Shown: positions 8,726 through 18,628, numbered from the stretch's first letter. The stretch is DNA of 37,898 nt from an uncultured virus (IMG/VR IMGVR_UViG_3300009155_000050) (IMGVR_UViG_3300009155_000050:62001-99898); one strand, 5' to 3'. Notes: generated by a model not told the origin, from the letters alone. Numbers and translations are program-made.

Positions 8726-11700
8726 TTATTCCTCGAATTTGACATTAGGAGTGTTACCCTTTTTGTCGATCTTCTTCAAGGACCTGGTGCCACCAAATCC
8801 TTCTTCTTGATCGCCCTTGTTTTTATGTGGCATTTTCACTTCAACGTCTTGTCGAGGATCTTGATTCAGTAGACCCTTGTAGCTGTTATGAGCGGGACTG
8901 GTGATGTCGTTGTCTTCAGCTACGCCCTCATCTTCTTCTTCATCTTCGTCTTCTTCCATCTCCTCGTCTTCGCCTTCTTCTTCGTCCTCTTCCATCTCCT
9001 CGTCCTCATCTTCGCCTTCTTCTTCGTCTTCTTCCATCTCCTCGTCTTCGCCTTCTTCTTCCAACTCATCTAATTCATTGCCACCAAAATCAGGCATCGA
9101 ATCGTCCGTTGCTTCATCTGGCGCTGGTAATTCGGCTGCAACTCCATCGACTGGAGCCATTTCAGAGCCAGAATTATGAACAGTGATGGATGGGTCAGTG
9201 ACGTTGATACTTAAGCCACCATCGGCGTTGCGTTGGATCTCAGCGACCGTCTGATTAATTTCTGTGTCTTCGGATTCACTGATGGGTCGCAGAACGGTCA
9301 CATTGCGCAAGATGTATTGGTGAAGCCTATGGCTCACCTGATTCCGATCAGCCAAAGCGTATGCATCTTCATGCAGCTGTTTTGGCATCGGAATTTGAAT
9401 CTCACCATCCTCACTTAGTAAAGCTGGCAAGAAATCAGGGTCGTGATTACCATGGTCCAAGATGAATTTAACACCGCGTGCTTCACCAAGGACAGCATCA
9501 CTTTGCTTTCTTAACCATTTTATGGCGCCTTCGGCTACCGGTCCACGCTTGTTATCCCGTGGAGCGTAGCTTTTCATACCGCGCTTCTTTTTCGCAGTAG
9601 GAAACTTGAATTGAGATTCAGCCATGCCTTCTTCTGGCTCTGGCAATTCATCATCATTGTCGTCTTCCAGTTCCTCGATTTCAGAGTCAATCGTCGATTC
9701 CTCGTCTTCCAATTCCTCGATTTCAGAATCAATCGTCGATTCTTCGTCTTCTGATTCTTCAGAATCTATCATGGATTCTTCGTCTTCAAATCCGCCGACT
9801 TCAGAATCCATCATGGATTCATCATCTTCTAATCCCCCGACTTCAGAATCAACCTCATCCGAGTCGTCCTCGATGCTGTCAATGCGGTCGTGCATGCTAT
9901 CGATCTCATGATGAATAGCATCGATTTCTGCCATCACGTCATGATCAGCGTTTTTAGAGTCTGATTCCGTAGAATGGTCATAGTCGTGGACCTGCTCAAT
10001 GGCTGAGCCAATGTCGCTTTCGCTCACCATCACACCTGCTTTGCGGCAGGCTTTGACGAGTCGATGTGCTTCAGATCCCTCTTTGATGCCCTTCATGTAA
10101 TTCGAGACCAGTGCTACACGGTCTTCTGGAATAGTTTGATTACCGTAGGCGTTAAGGCCTTCAATGCTTACATCATCAGCATAGAAGTAACGGTCCTCAG
10201 CTAATTGTTCTGGATGATCGCCACCACGTTTTGGCTTGCGTTTGCCAGTGGCTTGCATCTCTGGGTGCACTGGGCGGCTTTCATTTAAGGCTGAGCCAAA
10301 TCTGTTACGAGATTCAGGTAAACCAGGCTGACGTGGTTGGCTTCGTGGCATGCCGGGTCGTGCTGGCGCTTGACCAGCTTGCGCAGGAGCTTGAGCTGGT
10401 TGCGCTGCTGGTGCAGCTTGCGGCGAGGCAGGCGGCATTTCAAAATCATCGGTCGCAGGAGGCGCACCGGCAGCTGGCGCAGCGCCCAGGTCTGGAATTG
10501 CAGCCTCAGCGCCCATATCATCTAACCCTAGACCAGCCAAGTCCTGATCGCCACCGGCTTGTCCAACTGGCTGACCGCCGATGCTGATTAAAGGGCTATT
10601 GATAGTTATCACAGGGGCTTGGGGGGCAGGTGGTGCGGCTGGCTCTTGCGCACCTTGGGCCTCTTGAGCGCCAGGCATTGAATCGTAATCTTGCAGAGTA
10701 TCTTGAGCTGACAGCTCTTCCTGAATAGTGGCGATTAGATCTTCAGCTTCATTTATAGCGTTATCGTCAACGTTCTTCGAGCGAAGGCGTGAAACGAGGC
10801 TAGCTAACTTTGAACTTAAGTCATTGCTCTCAGAAATCCGCGGAGTCCGAGTCTTAAGGCTGTCAAGCGTCGTCGCCAAAGCTTCCGCAGCGACTTCACG
10901 ATTAGAGATAGCTTCGAACAGCATCTGCAAGAAGCAGTCATAAGACGCTTCGAACTTGCGGCTCTCTTCGAGCTTATGGACGTTCTCAATTAAAGTTGGA
11001 TGCTCGCAGAATTTACCAATTCGCATCCATTCATTCAAGATGGTATCACGATTTACCTTGAGGTTAGTGCGATATACCAAGGTCGCAACATCTTCACACA
11101 GCTGTTGATTAAATACTGCCTTTGTCGCTAGAGTGCTCTCAACTAGCTTGTGCAGTTCTTTCTTGGTCAGTAGTGTGAATTCTTCATTTTCTAACAAGAA
11201 TGGCTTGATAAAGCTAACAGCTCCGGCCACTTTACCTTCGGTGATTTGCTTCGCTATCTTAGCGATTCGATTTTGGAAACCAGGTGAAAGATATGCGTCT
11301 TTGGCGGTCTCACGCATGTTCTTGGCTATCAGCTTCCTGCCTGCCCATTTGGTGACAGGTAAGTTGACGGGCTCACCGTCATTGAAGTATGCACTTACCA
11401 CAGTATTGTTTTCAACTACGACTTTGTCACGTAATGAATCAACCACCGCTTCGACGATTTGCCGCTTGACCTTAGCTGCAATCGTAGCGCCTTCTACAAC
11501 ATTAACCTTACGGCTAATTCCATCACGGCCAACCACGTAACCGTGTTCCGGGATGATGCGGGAGCTGAACCGCTGTGCTTTCATACGGCTGAAAGCATTG
11601 CCCATTTCTTTCTGGTCGTTTTCCTCTATCGCATTGACGAGCTTTAAGCAGCTTTCAAAGTACAGCTGCTTCTTCTCGTTATCATAGATTTCGACAGGGC

Positions 11701-11950
11701 GTATGTTCGAAATCTCAATGCGACCATTGTTTTTACTATGATTAGCGATGAAGTACTCATTGCTATTCACGTCCTCAAACACCAAATCACTAGGTTGGAG
11801 CGCCGCAAGCCGGTAGTCTTTGCTGAGGCTTTTGCCGATTTCTTTTACACGATCTTCGAAGAACGCTATCTTCGATTGAGCGCTGTCATTTATAATGCTT
11901 AAAAATTTACGACTATCAATTTTCACAGGCTCAGACTTCTTGACGCTCAT
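8726..11950 (-). CDS. Large acidic prohead core/scaffold-like protein (1074 aa)
   Basis: Lies between portal and protease. Helical-looking N-terminal half, Pro/Ala/Gln linker and two D/E repeat blocks. Start placed at ATG 11950 (GAGG SD). Function inferred from position. Confidence 0.6.
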   Translation of the reverse strand: MSVKKSEPVKIDSRKFLSIINDSAQSKIAFFEDRVKEIGKSLSKDYRLAALQPSDLVFEDVNSNEYFIANHSKNNGRIEISNIRPVEIYDNEKKQLYFESCLKLVNAIEENDQKEMGNAFSRMKAQRFSSRIIPEHGYVVGRDGISRKVNVVEGATIAAKVKRQIVEAVVDSLRDKVVVENNTVVSAYFNDGEPVNLPVTKWAGRKLIAKNMRETAKDAYLSPGFQNRIAKIAKQITEGKVAGAVSFIKPFLLENEEFTLLTKKELHKLVESTLATKAVFNQQLCEDVATLVYRTNLKVNRDTILNEWMRIGKFCEHPTLIENVHKLEESRKFEASYDCFLQMLFEAISNREVAAEALATTLDSLKTRTPRISESNDLSSKLASLVSRLRSKNVDDNAINEAEDLIATIQEELSAQDTLQDYDSMPGAQEAQGAQEPAAPPAPQAPVITINSPLISIGGQPVGQAGGDQDLAGLGLDDMGAEAAIPDLGAAPAAGAPPATDDFEMPPASPQAAPAAQPAQAPAQAGQAPARPGMPRSQPRQPGLPESRNRFGSALNESRPVHPEMQATGKRKPKRGGDHPEQLAEDRYFYADDVSIEGLNAYGNQTIPEDRVALVSNYMKGIKEGSEAHRLVKACRKAGVMVSESDIGSAIEQVHDYDHSTESDSKNADHDVMAEIDAIHHEIDSMHDRIDSIEDDSDEVDSEVGGLEDDESMMDSEVGGFEDEESMIDSEESEDEESTIDSEIEELEDEESTIDSEIEELEDDNDDELPEPEEGMAESQFKFPTAKKKRGMKSYAPRDNKRGPVAEGAIKWLRKQSDAVLGEARGVKFILDHGNHDPDFLPALLSEDGEIQIPMPKQLHEDAYALADRNQVSHRLHQYILRNVTVLRPISESEDTEINQTVAEIQRNADGGLSINVTDPSITVHNSGSEMAPVDGVAAELPAPDEATDDSMPDFGGNELDELEEEGEDEEMEEDEEEGEDEDEEMEEDEEEGEDEEMEEDEDEEEDEGVAEDNDITSPAHNSYKGLLNQDPRQDVEVKMPHKNKGDQEEGFGGTRSLKKIDKKGNTPNVKFEE
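8930..9063. repeat. Coding tandem repeat, about 3 copies of about 36 bp (EEEGEDEEMEED)
   Basis: Repeated tcttccatctcctcgtcttcgccttcttcttc units. Confidence 0.8.
9660..9853. repeat. Coding tandem repeat, about 5 degenerate copies of 42 bp (ESTIDSEIEELEDE / ESMIDSEVGGFEDE-like)
   Basis: Units such as tcgtcttccagttcctcgatttcagagtcaatcgtcgattcc. One unit is shortened to 36 bp. Confidence 0.8.
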
Positions 11951-11997
11951 TTTAAATCCCTCAATACCACTACTTATAAATAGGTTTGCGAGAAAAA

Positions 11998-14010
11998 TCA
12001 TATCTTAGGCAGATCCGCTTCAGAAATCACCGAATCGCCAATCGTAGCTGTAACGTCATCTTTATTCACTATTACTTCGTAATTCTCTTTAATCACTTCT
12101 CGAATGACATCCTCACTAATAGTCACCTTGAAGATGCTACTACCCAACGGCCTAGTGTAGCCGAATTCATCAGCGGCACTGTAGCCGCCTTTAGTGAGAC
12201 CATCCAGCTCCTTTGACTCCATTAAAGCTTGGAAACCGTTTACAATCGCTTCGTCTCCGACGAAATCTCCACGTTTTTTCCGCCATGATTCAAGGATTTC
12301 ACGGCGTCGCTCTTTCTTTTTATTACTGCGCATTTCATTAATGACTCGATCTTCAGCTTCGTAATCGTAACCCCTGATCCGACCTTCCATTGGCTCAGGT
12401 GGCGCCGCCGCAGCAGCAGCATCACCGCCGACATCCGGCGTTTCACCGCCAGCAGCCTCAGCTCCTGCGTCTTCCGGGCCAGCCCCAGGTGCACCGCCAA
12501 GATCCAAATCACCTAAACCGCCATCTCCTCCACCTTCATCTCCACCACCAATGTCAAGTCCAGCACCCATGTCTCCTAGTATACTGCTACCACCGCCGCT
12601 ACCGCCGCCGCCACCTCCACCACCACCTTCTTCCTCATTGGCAGCATATTCATCTATCTCTTGGATCTCATCGGGAGACAGATCAGTAAAATGCGTGACG
12701 ATCCAGTCTTTAGGAAACCAGCCGAGCCCCTTGATGTCGCTCATAACGTTAACGCGAGTTGCCCACGTCTCTATGCGATAAAGTTCTTCCATCGCACTAT
12801 TAGCGGTACAATTTATAGTAAAGCCTTTTAAATCGTCAGCTCCGAAACCTCTTAACGCTAAATGTACAATGGCCACCTTCGTTAATCCGGCGGACACTTC
12901 TCGCTGAATCCACTGTACCGACTTAGCGAATTCACTGCTACTTTGTGACAGGCTTTTCTCGTTAGCTTCACCAGCACCCTCACCGATACCAACCCTTGCA
13001 AATGGGATCTTCATCGGCGCAATCATCTTCTTCTTAAAGTACTCGATATCCTGGATCTTGTCCATATTCTCGCCACCAGGCAAGGTCTCCACATCAGGAC
13101 CGGATCCATCGGCTCGCCTAGGTAAGAAAAAATCGTCTTCTTGAATCAATGGGCTATATCGTTCATCGAACGAACCAGTAGTTGGATTATAGAACCTCTG
13201 ACGTTTGAAATTACGAGCTATCATCTGCAAATATTCAGGCACCTCTTTGGGGGGTATATTGCCAACAGGAATGGTGAATTTACGTTTTTCAGGAGCACGA
13301 GTGATTCTATAAATCAACGCTGCGTCTTCCATCAAGCGCAATTGTTTAAATGCTTTACGACCGCCATCTAAAATTGATCGGCCATAGGGTGCAAAAATGT
13401 TTTCGAAGCTAGATAGCCTGAGGTGCATCACTTGCCAAGGATGCAGGAACATCGGCTTGCTCCACAAAGGATCGCTATAAAAGAAGCCTACTAAGTCACC
13501 ATACCTGGTCTCTATTCTCGTAAAATTATAAACTGACATGTATTTTAATGCAGTTACACCAGTGCGATTCGCATCTAGAATCACTTCGAATGGCAAATCG
13601 CCATACTTACAGAGATATCTTACAGTGGGCCGAAGTTGGTTGTCCCAATGAAGTACATTGTAAAATAGCTCTTCTAATTCCTTCTTTATTCGTCGTGTTT
13701 TAGCCTTGATGACCAAAGTATGCTTGACTTCTGGGTCTACCAAACTTGCTTCGTCCGCATATAAGTCCAGCGCCAGGCTGATCTCGCCAGTCTGATCCAT
13801 CTGTTCGTAGTCTTTATATCTCTCCAGCCGATTAATTTGCAGGTTAGTCTGATCGAGAATAGCAGCAGACTGGTTAAAGTCTAAGAATTCTCCGCCAGCT
13901 GTCAATTTATCAAGATTGCTTTGATTACTAAAAATCCGTTCTACAGGATAGATGTTGAAATTTTTAGTTAAAGCCCTGATGCGGTCAAATACCAACCAAT
14001 TGCTAGGCAT
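11998..14010 (-). CDS. gp20: Portal protein, T4 gp20 family, with a Gly/acidic C-terminal extension
   Basis: KQLRLMEDAALIYRITRAPEKR, VGNIPP, EDDFFLPRR, ETLPGGEN, DIEYFKKK. AGGAG SD. Confidence 0.95.
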   Translation of the reverse strand: MPSNWLVFDRIRALTKNFNIYPVERIFSNQSNLDKLTAGGEFLDFNQSAAILDQTNLQINRLERYKDYEQMDQTGEISLALDLYADEASLVDPEVKHTLVIKAKTRRIKKELEELFYNVLHWDNQLRPTVRYLCKYGDLPFEVILDANRTGVTALKYMSVYNFTRIETRYGDLVGFFYSDPLWSKPMFLHPWQVMHLRLSSFENIFAPYGRSILDGGRKAFKQLRLMEDAALIYRITRAPEKRKFTIPVGNIPPKEVPEYLQMIARNFKRQRFYNPTTGSFDERYSPLIQEDDFFLPRRADGSGPDVETLPGGENMDKIQDIEYFKKKMIAPMKIPFARVGIGEGAGEANEKSLSQSSSEFAKSVQWIQREVSAGLTKVAIVHLALRGFGADDLKGFTINCTANSAMEELYRIETWATRVNVMSDIKGLGWFPKDWIVTHFTDLSPDEIQEIDEYAANEEEGGGGGGGGGSGGGSSILGDMGAGLDIGGGDEGGGDGGLGDLDLGGAPGAGPEDAGAEAAGGETPDVGGDAAAAAAPPEPMEGRIRGYDYEAEDRVINEMRSNKKKERRREILESWRKKRGDFVGDEAIVNGFQALMESKELDGLTKGGYSAADEFGYTRPLGSSIFKVTISEDVIREVIKENYEVIVNKDDVTATIGDSVISEADLPKI

Positions 14011-14147
14011 CGATTAACTCCTATAATTTTATCTTTAATAAAATGTAACACATAGATTGGGCTAACATTTATTAAATGCGCATCTGGCCCAGCAACTTAT
14101 CTACAGATACTCGCCACCGAGGGAAAATACTGTAACAGGAGCCCCTC

Positions 14148-14552
14148 ATGGACATATCACCGATATACCAAAATGGCGATTCTGATTGTGGCGTAGCATG
14201 CTTGCAAATGCTACTTAATTACCACAAAGTCCGTAGGCACGGCTCTCTCGCCAATGCCGTTGATGGAGTCCAAATTCGAACCATCGAAAGCTTCTTAAGA
14301 GAAAAAGGTTTACAAGTCGTAGCAGGCAACATGACTATACATCTATTAAAATATTTCGTAGCTCGAAAATTACCAATTATATGCTTAATAGATGGTCATT
14401 ACGTTCTAGTTAAAGGCTTTGAACCTCGAAAAATCATCTATAACTGCCCTGTTTTAGGAGAATTAAAAGAATCGCTCGTGAAATTTAATAAGAAATGGTT
14501 TAATATCCATGATGGCAATTGCTTAACATCATGGGCTATAGTGGCATTCTGA
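14148..14552 (+). CDS. Stand-alone C39-like cysteine peptidase
   Basis: QNGDSDCGVACLQMLL (Q...C catalytic motif) and GHYVLV. AGGAG SD. Confidence 0.8.
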   Translation: MDISPIYQNGDSDCGVACLQMLLNYHKVRRHGSLANAVDGVQIRTIESFLREKGLQVVAGNMTIHLLKYFVARKLPIICLIDGHYVLVKGFEPRKIIYNCPVLGELKESLVKFNKKWFNIHDGNCLTSWAIVAF

Positions 14553-14619
14553 TCTAACTCGATTCAATTTAGCTTCAAATATCTATGATAGTTTAATGCT
14601 GCATTAGCTGAATCAACAT

Positions 14620-16596
14620 TTATTCATCTCTTTTAAAATATTTGGGTGGAGTAATTACTGGTCGACCTTGTGAGATCGGAATAGCACCTAGCTGCAGCGT
14701 GAAGGCATCAATAGCGCGAGACGCTGCTATATCAGGGAAATCAGTGGGAGCCAAAGCCATCGGCATCATTACACCCATTCCGGATTCGAGGATGCTTTTC
14801 TGCAAAGCCGCCTTAGACACATCTTTTTGTATAATAGACCCTAGTGGGCTCTTAAAATCCAAACCGCCATTCACAGGCATCAAGCCTGAGCTATCTGAGA
14901 AACCAGCATCAGCAAGACCTACCATAGCCAAAGCGGTCGCAATAACCAAGTCGTCGTGATTACCTGAACCTTCTTCAGCCTCTGTTCTCATAGTATCTCT
15001 GCCCATTCTATCACGTTTACGAACATACGTTTGAAATTGTTTATATAATCGCTCGGAATAAATCGTATATCCCTCCTCACCATTGGTGCGGAAGTGATCC
15101 ATCAATAATTTATTGAGTGACGCTTTGCTGCTCCCTGTAGTAGCAAAACCGTAAGCGGCTACCTTCATTGCTTTTTGGCGCTTACGACTAGCTCCACCAG
15201 GTGTAGGCTTATCATTTAGATCCTTACGCCGCCACAACCGCGGATATTGTATGTCATATCTGAGCTGATCGATGATTATATCGCCCCCGTTATTCCGTTC
15301 CACCACAGCTAACGCGCAATTGAAGTATCTGCCTATACGATCGATATATTTTACGAATTCTCTGGGCAGCACTCTAGCCATGAACTCTGCCACTTGCTCC
15401 CTAGTATCGACATCGAAGATTTCTATCGCACTGTAGTCACGGCCCTTACCCGTCGCCATATCCACGCCCATAACGTAACTGTGAGCTGGGATAGTCGGAT
15501 TTAACAATATCCCACTGCGTCTACGCTCCGGTATAGTAAGGACCGGCTTTTTCCAAATCCAAAATCCTTCATCTTCTGAGTCAAATTCGAAATCCATATC
15601 TTCTTCTTCATTACTCGCTGGATTTACATAAACCTGTATCCCCTTGACCTTCTCATCTGGCTTCTGGACGCAGTCACCCATATAAGATAGCACGCTTTTG
15701 TCCAAGACGGTACCGCCACTGCCTACAAAATGAGCTAATATTTCCTGCTCGAACTTCCACCCCTCACCTTGCTCTTGTAGCGCTCTATATTGGTCTTCTA
15801 GCCAGGGGCTCCACTTGGGGCCATATTTCATGGGGTCTAACTTTAACCTGCCAAACTGTGAAACGTCGATTAATTGGTTATCGCAGTTGACAAGATTATC
15901 GGTTGGCGCTATCCTCTTAAAATCGTTTGACAATTGGTCTTTATATTCTATAGCCCAGTCCATATCCCACCAATTAATATTAATGGGGTTCCATCCATTT
16001 ATGCGTTGTTCTGCGTCCGTCCATGTGGACCAGTACCACCCGCCTACACCAGCGGTGGTGCTAATGCATATGACACGGCCACCATGTTGCAACGTAGGCC
16101 AGCCTGCAGCCCACATTACATCCATGCCTTGAATAAACGCCGCTTCGTCAATGATGTTTAACGATGATGCGTGTGATCTCAATACTTCCGGATGGCTGGT
16201 TAAGCTCGTTATCTTGCTATTATTAGGGAATATGATTTCGTGTTCATTTAATTTTATAGGCTTCCAAAGCTCTTGCATCCACTCTGGTAAGTTTTCATAC
16301 AGAAAGACTACATGCTCCCTCAGGAAGCTCATAGCATCGTCGTTTTTCCTTGAGACAATCAATATGGTTTTATAATTATTAAACATTGCAAACCAGAGCG
16401 CAAATGCTCCGCTTATCTTACTGATTCCAGCCTGACGACATTTTCTAAAGATATTTAATTTTTTCTCTCGGAATGACTGTATAGCTCTCTGCTGATATTT
16501 AAATGGAGTAAAAGGTAACATGCCAGCTGAAGGATGCTTTATCTTACCAAATGCATTCAGAAACCATAAGCATGAATCTCGACATCGTTTGATCAC
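14620..16596 (-). CDS. gp17: Terminase large subunit, T4 gp17 family
   Basis: KCRQAGIS (Walker A variant), IIDEAAF (Walker B), ISTT (motif III), GVDMATGKGRDYSA and HDDLV nuclease motifs. The start may be ATT at 16623. Confidence 0.95.
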   Translation of the reverse strand: MIKRCRDSCLWFLNAFGKIKHPSAGMLPFTPFKYQQRAIQSFREKKLNIFRKCRQAGISKISGAFALWFAMFNNYKTILIVSRKNDDAMSFLREHVVFLYENLPEWMQELWKPIKLNEHEIIFPNNSKITSLTSHPEVLRSHASSLNIIDEAAFIQGMDVMWAAGWPTLQHGGRVICISTTAGVGGWYWSTWTDAEQRINGWNPININWWDMDWAIEYKDQLSNDFKRIAPTDNLVNCDNQLIDVSQFGRLKLDPMKYGPKWSPWLEDQYRALQEQGEGWKFEQEILAHFVGSGGTVLDKSVLSYMGDCVQKPDEKVKGIQVYVNPASNEEEDMDFEFDSEDEGFWIWKKPVLTIPERRRSGILLNPTIPAHSYVMGVDMATGKGRDYSAIEIFDVDTREQVAEFMARVLPREFVKYIDRIGRYFNCALAVVERNNGGDIIIDQLRYDIQYPRLWRRKDLNDKPTPGGASRKRQKAMKVAAYGFATTGSSKASLNKLLMDHFRTNGEEGYTIYSERLYKQFQTYVRKRDRMGRDTMRTEAEEGSGNHDDLVIATALAMVGLADAGFSDSSGLMPVNGGLDFKSPLGSIIQKDVSKAALQKSILESGMGVMMPMALAPTDFPDIAASRAIDAFTLQLGAIPISQGRPVITPPKYFKRDE

Positions 16597-16618
16597 TTCA
16601 CGCTGCGTCGATGAAGTC

Positions 16619-17128
16619 TTAATACTGAAACTCCTGCGTGTCAGCTAGAAGCTTGGTCAGATCTGCATCGACCATGTTGGCTGCGTTATTACCACTGACA
16701 CTTATATTATTGACATTTAATGTAGCCTTGGTGGCAGCTAGCGTCTTAGCAGCAGTCTCTAACATTTTCACGGCGGTACCATTAATGCCCGACTTCACTT
16801 CCACAGCAGTGACCAATGATTCTAGCAATCTGCCGGGTGATTGGCCACGTGCAATGTCTTTTGCGATCTCTTCGCGAATCAAGTTAATGGTATCTTGTGC
16901 TTCCTGTCGGTCAGATCTACATGATTGAAGCACTTCATCTGTTACGAGATCTAATTGATCTAAATATTTCTTAACATCGACAGGAGCTTGTGCAGCTTGA
17001 GCTGAACCCATTATTTCGACAGTAGGTCTGTTATCCAACTGACGAAGCGGTTCTTCGATTGGTTTGCTAACCAAACCGGGCGATTTTAACTCATTAATTA
17101 GATCATCTAAATTTTCTGGGTCAGACAT
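16619..17128 (-). CDS. Candidate terminase small subunit (gp16-like)
   Basis: 169-aa helical-looking protein directly upstream of the large subunit. The C-terminal NVNNISV...DLTKLL resembles the gp16 tail. Confidence 0.5.
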   Translation of the reverse strand: MSDPENLDDLINELKSPGLVSKPIEEPLRQLDNRPTVEIMGSAQAAQAPVDVKKYLDQLDLVTDEVLQSCRSDRQEAQDTINLIREEIAKDIARGQSPGRLLESLVTAVEVKSGINGTAVKMLETAAKTLAATKATLNVNNISVSGNNAANMVDADLTKLLADTQEFQY

Positions 17129-17649
17129 CAGTCACCGAAATGTTCGTTGCCAAAAACGGCCTTCAAATAATAATTATCGTTTTCACTTACTGCTAGCTCT
17201 CTTAATATCTGGGCTATCGGCTCTTCCTGCGCCATTTCGTGCAATAGGCGCATGTTACCAGTTTTACGAATCGCTTTAATCGATTCTATAGCGCACATAA
17301 GAGGTATTTTGATACGCCTAGAACCCATGCTCTCTCCACGTGCTTTCGCTGCATTCTCACGTTGAGTCTTGGTGCTCTTATCGTGTGCATGCTTCGATCT
17401 GCCATGCGACATTTTGTGGATCGGCTTACGAGACGGCAAAATCCGTCGACCAACGGCAATTCCGCCAGTGCTTAAAGCATTGTGGCCAGTAGCATTATCT
17501 TTATGGTTGGTCTCTGGCGCTGAAACAACCGTTCTGCTATTAATGCGGTCCTTGATCGCTTTCTCTAAAGATTCAGAGATTAAAGCGTCAATGTCGCTAG
17601 TTGTACACTTGCCAGTGTCTATTTTCGACTCAATCCAGTGATCTGACAT
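17128..17649 (-). CDS. Hypothetical protein with a basic central region
   Basis: Start placed at ATG 17649 (TAAGGAG SD). TGATG stop/start overlap with the next gene. Confidence 0.65.
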   Translation of the reverse strand: MSDHWIESKIDTGKCTTSDIDALISESLEKAIKDRINSRTVVSAPETNHKDNATGHNALSTGGIAVGRRILPSRKPIHKMSHGRSKHAHDKSTKTQRENAAKARGESMGSRRIKIPLMCAIESIKAIRKTGNMRLLHEMAQEEPIAQILRELAVSENDNYYLKAVFGNEHFGD

Positions 17650-17677
17650 GGGAGCACTCCTTACCACTGTATATTTT

Positions 17678-18628
17678 CTATGATTCATCTTCAGCGTCTT
17701 TAGCATCCCCACGCCGATCCAGCTTAAAGTCTTTAATAGTCCTATTGATTGGCGAATCAGTAAAATCGAAGCTGTTTAACTTCACAAATCTTAGAAAACC
17801 AGCGACGGTTGCTCGGTTTAATTTAGAACGCTCCATCAACTTACCAATTAAACCATCATATGGTTTAAAATCATGTAAGACCAGATATTCAAGCGCATCG
17901 ATAATAGCAAGATATTCCTTGTTATACATGCAAACCTGACGGGCTTCCTGCACGAACCGAAACAACACATCATTTAATGGCTTGGATTTATTATTAAGGT
18001 GATTGATATAAGAGTGAGAGTTTTTACGATCACGCCCTTCTTTCTTAATGTAAGCTAAGATCACCGTCCTTGATATCTGACTCCACATATTAAAGACTTT
18101 GCTCATCCCGCGAAATAGTATTGTGTCAGACCCGCCGAATAAGCCTTGCACTGGTTCAATAATAGGTTCGTAATGTAGCCTGGTGCTACACTTCTTACAA
18201 CGCTTGAATTCCTTGAAGACCTGATAGAGCGTCTTTATACCATACTCTTTAGTGCCCGGATCATAGATTATACTATCATTTGGCCGGTCAAGATGGAAAC
18301 ACTTACGACAGTGAGGCCTAGCTCTGTATTTATACAGTGTTTTTTCTATCTGCATCCAGCCAGTGGTTAACAGATCACCGAAGCTGCTATCGTCTTGACC
18401 AGGATATATCTGATGTAGTCCTTGCTTCCTAATGACCTGTCTGATCAATTCAGACGCATTAGCCATGATTCTATCTCTGAGAACTACGCTAGTACAACCT
18501 GTCCACAAGTATTGAGTTAGCTCCCACTCCACTATTTCGTTTTTGAAATAGTGACGTCGCATCGGTACTTCACTTGGACTTGGACTTAAATTTAAAACTG
18601 AATCTTCTTCTGATGAGTTCGCTTCCAT
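17678..18628 (-). CDS. Late-transcription sigma factor, gp55-like, with a zinc-ribbon insertion
   Basis: N-terminal HYF.NE. GDLLTTGWMQIEKTLYKY and SKVFNMWSQISRTVILAYIKKE resemble gp55 region 2. CRKC...CKKC insertion. Start uncertain (18628 or 18562). Confidence 0.6.
   Translation of the reverse strand: MEANSSEEDSVLNLSPSPSEVPMRRHYFKNEIVEWELTQYLWTGCTSVVLRDRIMANASELIRQVIRKQGLHQIYPGQDDSSFGDLLTTGWMQIEKTLYKYRARPHCRKCFHLDRPNDSIIYDPGTKEYGIKTLYQVFKEFKRCKKCSTRLHYEPIIEPVQGLFGGSDTILFRGMSKVFNMWSQISRTVILAYIKKEGRDRKNSHSYINHLNNKSKPLNDVLFRFVQEARQVCMYNKEYLAIIDALEYLVLHDFKPYDGLIGKLMERSKLNRATVAGFLRFVKLNSFDFTDSPINRTIKDFKLDRRGDAKDAEDES

Noticed and set aside
8930..9853. Tandem repeats as a CRISPR array
   Set aside because: They are in-frame, degenerate coding repeats with no unique spacers, and no cas genes are present.
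11975..11982. Perfect TATAAATA on the + strand
   Set aside because: It points antisense into the portal gene with no + gene downstream. It is more simply part of a near-palindrome whose minus-strand TATAAGTA serves the core gene.
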